A stretch of 37,731 bases of DNA. Source: Pseudomonadota bacterium. GTDB taxonomy: Bacteria; Desulfobacterota; DSM-4660; Desulfatiglandales; Desulfatiglandaceae. This document shows, one piece after another, positions 34,643 to 37,731 of this stretch (position 1 is the first letter of the stretch; each line of letters opens with the position of its first letter). Made by a program: the position numbers and the translations under genes. The notes below the pieces were generated by a model. The model was not told where the DNA came from. It did no database searches and was given only the letters and a program-made list of their open reading frames with translations. Location: contig JBDRPB010000014.1 in assembly GCA_043809485.1 (NCBI GenBank), positions 1-37,731 on the forward strand. The letters are read 5' to 3'.

Positions 34643-36121
34643 ATGGTAGATGACTTTGGAGGCGGAACAATAAATAGGACAATCGAGTGGAAACGCATCT
34701 TTTTTCTTTCCTTGGGCATCCTGCTTTTTGCGCTGGTCTACTATGCCCCCCAATGGTCCGATGCTGTCGACCCCATGGGACAGCATTTTACGTTAACCAG
34801 GGAAGGAAAAGGGGCACTGGCAATATTCCTGTTGGCAGGGACCTGGTGGGTCTTTGAAGTGGTCCCCATCGGAGTAACCAGCCTGGCCATCGGTGTACTT
34901 CAGGCCCTGTATCTGATTCGTCCGGCCAAGGTGGCCTTTAAGGATTTTATGGACCCTTCGGTCATGTTCATTTTTGCATCCATTGTAATCGGACTGGTCT
35001 TTACCAAGACAGGTCTCACAAAGCGCCTGGCCTACAAGATGCTGGTGATCGTAGGGGAAAAAACAAGCATGATATACCTGGGCTGCTTTCTTGTGACCTC
35101 AGCTCTCACTCATATCATGGCCCATACTGCCGTGGCAGCAACCATTTACCCTCTACTTCTCTCCATTTACGCGCTCTATGGAGAAGGTGATAAACAAACC
35201 AAATTCGGAAAAGGACTCTTCATGGGCATGGCCTATGTAGCAGGGGCCGGCAGCATCGTGACCCTTCTGGGAGCCGCGCGTGGTGCCGTAGCGATTGGCT
35301 TCTACAATGACATTGTGGGCCAAAACATATCATTTTTTCAGCTAACCTATTACATGTTCCCCATAGGGTGGATCATGACCTTACTCCTGTGGGGATTCTT
35401 CATGGTTTTTCTCAAGCCTGAGAAGAAAGTTATCCCCGGCCTGAGAGAAAAGGCCAGGCAACTCAGTGCCGAACTGGGCCCGCTCACGCGAAAAGAGATA
35501 ACTGCCGCAGTCATTGTCTTCGGGTGTATTATTACCATGTCTCTACGCTCTTTCATCCCGGCGCTTCAACCTATTGACAAAACAGCCATTATCTTGATCT
35601 CCACAATCCTTTTTTTCATCACCGGCATCCTGGATCTTAATGATCTCGAGGAAATCCCCTGGAATATCATTCTCCTGTTTGCAGGGGCTATGAGTATTGG
35701 CTTCTGCCTGTGGGAAACCGGGGCAGCCAAGTGGATGGCCGTAAACTGGCTTGTTATGTTCAAGGAATCCACCTGGTTTGTATTTGTCATGGGAATTGCC
35801 TTCTTCGTCATGATGATGACCAATTTCATTATGAACGTGGCTGCCATTGCCATTTCTCTGCCTGTGGCCCTGGTTATAGCCCCATATCTGGGGGTAGCGC
35901 CTGAGGTTATTCTCTTCGCCTCCCTGGTAACAGCAGGAATGCCTTTTCTCTTGATCGTGGGTGCAGCACCCAATGCCATCGCCTATGATTCGAGGCAGTT
36001 TTCCACCGGCGAATTTTTCCTCTATGGAATACCGGCGAGTATTCTTCTAATGATTGTGACAGGGTTTGCTGTTTATGTCCTCTGGCCCTTGATGGGCATG
36101 CCCGTGATAACGGGAGGCTAA
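34643..36121 (+). CDS. SLC13/DASS-type (ArsB/NhaD superfamily) anion permease
   Basis: 492 aa, more than 12 hydrophobic segments, with a two-fold repeat architecture typical of DASS/citrate-transporter-like permeases. AGGAGAAGG SD. Confidence 0.8.
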   Translation: MVDDFGGGTINRTIEWKRIFFLSLGILLFALVYYAPQWSDAVDPMGQHFTLTREGKGALAIFLLAGTWWVFEVVPIGVTSLAIGVLQALYLIRPAKVAFKDFMDPSVMFIFASIVIGLVFTKTGLTKRLAYKMLVIVGEKTSMIYLGCFLVTSALTHIMAHTAVAATIYPLLLSIYALYGEGDKQTKFGKGLFMGMAYVAGAGSIVTLLGAARGAVAIGFYNDIVGQNISFFQLTYYMFPIGWIMTLLLWGFFMVFLKPEKKVIPGLREKARQLSAELGPLTRKEITAAVIVFGCIITMSLRSFIPALQPIDKTAIILISTILFFITGILDLNDLEEIPWNIILLFAGAMSIGFCLWETGAAKWMAVNWLVMFKESTWFVFVMGIAFFVMMMTNFIMNVAAIAISLPVALVIAPYLGVAPEVILFASLVTAGMPFLLIVGAAPNAIAYDSRQFSTGEFFLYGIPASILLMIVTGFAVYVLWPLMGMPVITGG

Positions 36122-36124
36122 GGA

Positions 36125-36149
36125 CATAAGCGCTAAGTTGTTTTTGCCC
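36125..36149. repeat. 25-bp intergenic repeat, copy 1 (cataagcgctaagttgtttttgccc)
   Basis: 24/25 identical to 37219-37243. Both copies begin 3-5 nt after a stop codon and run into a GC hairpin. The first 15 nt are a perfect inverted repeat of 36420-36434. Confidence 0.9.
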
Positions 36150-36233
36150 ATGGGGGGCTGAAAAAGATGAACATCGAACATCGAACGCCCAACATCGAAT
36201 GTTGAATGAAAGATAAAAACAAGGGCAAGAATC

Positions 36234-36386
36234 TCATTAAAGGAACTTAGGGAGACTCAAAGATGGCTAAAACTTATTCAGAGTGTACCACTAATTAAAA
36301 AACCTGAACTATTAGATGATATTTTAGAGGAAACAGAAGAATTAATTAAGATTTTCGTTACGAGTATCAAAACGGCTGAAAAGAAG
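36234..36386 (+). pseudogene. C-terminal fragment of a four-helix-bundle protein gene (23S rRNA intervening-sequence protein family), no start codon
   Basis: Translation SLKELRETQRWLKLIQSVPLIKKPELLDDILEETEELIKIFVTSIKTAEKK matches the conserved C-terminal helix pattern (LKELRET..WL.LI...L) of that family. The frame opens only after a TGA at 36207 and has no ATG before this stretch. Confidence 0.55.
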
Positions 36387-36419
36387 CCACGCCTTGGCGT
36401 GGTTGAATGTTTACAAAAT

Positions 36420-36434
36420 AACTTAGCGCTTATG
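36420..36434. repeat. 15-bp perfect inverted copy (aacttagcgcttatg) of 36125-36139
   Basis: Exact reverse complement, read directly. Together the two copies bracket the four-helix-bundle gene fragment. Confidence 0.9.
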
Positions 36435-36571
36435 GGGGGGTGGGCCTCTCTCCCTTTTATGACTTTTCATTCCCCTAACAACATTTTCGGATTTTCGTGC
36501 TTGAACCGCTTTCGCCTTCCTTTGTAGTATAGTTCCACAAAAAATTATAACGAGTTCCCGTTTGGATTAAG

Positions 36572-37213
36572 ATGACTGACCGGAAGCTGAGAGAATTATT
36601 TTGGCTTGTAATAATGCTTGCATCCCTGTTTATTTTTTCGTGTAGCGTTGTTTCAATCCCGTATAAAGCGGCCAAGGGCGTTGTAAAGGGAGTTGTGGGA
36701 GCTGGGAAACTCGTGTATGTGTTAGGGGGCTTCACCTTTAAAGTGGTAATGGCCCCGATGAGTTGGCCTTTGACGCATGAGGAAATCGAAACGGTTGATG
36801 GTTTGCCTCCGAAAGAGGCAATCCGGCAGGGACGTGTAAAAAGATCTCCGTACGTGGTTAAAGGCAAAAGGTATGTGCCCATGTCTATTAAAGAAGCTCG
36901 CACATACCGCGAGAAGGGTATTGCTTCCTGGTATGGGGCTGAAACGCGTCGCCAGAAAGGCGGTCATATGACTGCGAACGGAGAGGCGTTTGATCCCAAT
37001 GGACTTAGCGCAGCGCACAAGCACTTGCCTCTGCCAGTTCATGTGCGTGTTACGAATCTTGAAAATCAGCGATCCATTATCGTTCGGGTAAACGACCGGG
37101 GCCCTTTTATTGAAGGCCGTATCATAGACCTTAGCGCTGGTGCAGCCCGAAGATTGGGTTTTTACAACAGAGGAACAGTTAGGGTGCTGGTCGAGGTCGT
37201 CGAGGAAGGGTGA
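36572..37213 (+). CDS. rlpA: Septal ring lytic transglycosylase RlpA family lipoprotein (DPBB domain)
   Basis: Lipobox LFIFSC, then GIASWYGAETRRQKGGHMTANGEAFDPNGLSAAHKHLPLPVHVRVTNLENQRSIIVRVNDRGPF, the RlpA double-psi beta-barrel signature. Confidence 0.85.
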   Translation: MTDRKLRELFWLVIMLASLFIFSCSVVSIPYKAAKGVVKGVVGAGKLVYVLGGFTFKVVMAPMSWPLTHEEIETVDGLPPKEAIRQGRVKRSPYVVKGKRYVPMSIKEARTYREKGIASWYGAETRRQKGGHMTANGEAFDPNGLSAAHKHLPLPVHVRVTNLENQRSIIVRVNDRGPFIEGRIIDLSAGAARRLGFYNRGTVRVLVEVVEEG

Positions 37214-37218
37214 TTGGG

Positions 37219-37243
37219 CATAAGCGCTAAGGTGTTTTTGCCC
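37219..37243. repeat. 25-bp intergenic repeat, copy 2 (cataagcgctaaggtgtttttgccc)
   Basis: One mismatch to 36125-36149. Followed by the hairpin tttgccc-N7-gggcaaa (37237-37257). Confidence 0.9.
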
Positions 37244-37265
37244 GGGACGGGGGCAAAGGACTGAG

Positions 37266-37405
37266 GAGACAGGAAAGGGGAAATAGAAGAGAGGAAACAG
37301 GAGAGAGGAAATAGGAATCAGGAAATAGGAAAGGGGAAATAGAAGAGAGGAAACAGGAGAGAGGAAATAGAAGAGAGGAAACAGAAGAGAGGAAACAGAT
37401 ATATG
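37266..37405 (+). repeat. Polypurine tandem array, about 10 copies of a 14-bp unit GAAAYAGRAGAGAG
   Basis: Units read at 37280, 37294, 37308, 37322, 37336, 37350, 37364, 37378 and 37392, plus a degenerate unit at 37266. The plus strand is almost pure purine for about 140 bp. Confidence 0.9.
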
Positions 37406-37530
37406 ATCTGGAAGAAATACTGTTCGAGGAAAGGATGAACATCGAACTCGCGAGAGGCGAGCAAGCTTGTCCGCCTTCGGAGGATCGAACGTCCAATCAC
37501 GCCAAGGCGTGAAACGTAGAATGGGAAAAG

Positions 37531-37731
37531 ATGAAGAAACAGACATATGACCTGGAAGAAAGACTGCTCGAGTATTCGGTACGAAAAATGCGGAGCGTAT
37601 TTTCGCATATGGAAGCAGAACAAAGCAAGTTGCTTAAAAAACTGGGCATGTCGCCATTTGATATAAGACTCAGGAGTGCTCGGGAGGAAGCAAAGGACGT
37701 GTTCGAACGGACGTGGTCCCTTGCGAACTCG
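37531..37731 (+). CDS. Partial ORF open to the window end; its first 15 codons resemble a four-helix-bundle protein N-terminus and the rest is unrecognised
   Basis: MKKQTYDLEERLLEYSVRKMRSVFSHMEAEQSKLLKKLGMSPFDIRLRSAREEAKDVFERTWSLANS. The YDLEERLLE box is duplicated (29/33 nt) at 37396-37428. It could be a chimeric or decayed gene. Confidence 0.3.
   Translation, partial: MKKQTYDLEERLLEYSVRKMRSVFSHMEAEQSKLLKKLGMSPFDIRLRSAREEAKDVFERTWSLANS

Noticed and set aside
37266-37405. Possible CRISPR array
   Set aside because: The 14-bp period has no unique spacers between repeats, the repeats are degenerate polypurine, and there are no cas genes in the window.
36722-37546. 274-aa minus-strand ORF (plus 37227-37496 and 37318-37623)
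   Set aside because: It runs antisense through the well-supported rlpA gene and then through the polypurine repeat. The translation is low-complexity (SSLLFPLFYF repeats), which is an artefact of the repeat and of stop-poor antisense frames.

Overview
This 37.7-kb segment looks chromosomal. It is densely packed with about 36 protein genes. I saw no rRNA, tRNA or CRISPR. Housekeeping genes (galE fragment, tilS, ilvE, trxA-trxB, bamD, alaS, recA, cinA, thpR, pgpA, a uvrD-like helicase, rlpA) are mixed with anaerobe-style genes: larC, a multihaem cytochrome, two radical-SAM enzymes, a thiolase/hydroxyacyl-CoA dehydrogenase pair, a MoxR-VWA pair, and debris of four-helix-bundle genes. By inference this fits a Desulfobacterota (Desulfobacterales-like) genome. 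The main finding is the gene at 19697-21064. The ORF track starts it at a GTG (19904), which leaves a tetrahaem c-type cytochrome without an export signal. The same frame continues upstream through a single TGA (19862-19864) to an ATG that has an SD, a promoter-like element and a classical signal peptide. A G-rich hairpin lies 11 nt downstream of the TGA. I read this as a candidate selenoprotein with a Cys-Gly-Sec motif on a metallophosphatase-like scaffold that has lost its metal ligands, fused to four haems. Other observations: a canonical G-quadruplex motif (five GGG tracts at a 7-nt period) fills the MoxR-VWA intercistronic spacer. RpiB is fused to an unrecognised C-terminal domain. A PflX-type radical-SAM gene is translationally coupled to beta-oxidation-like genes. 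Two repeat-bounded intergenic mosaics carry fragments of four-helix-bundle protein genes and a roughly 140-bp polypurine 14-mer array. A near-consensus promoter would make one mRNA leaderless. All homology calls come from motif recognition by eye, and no database search was run.
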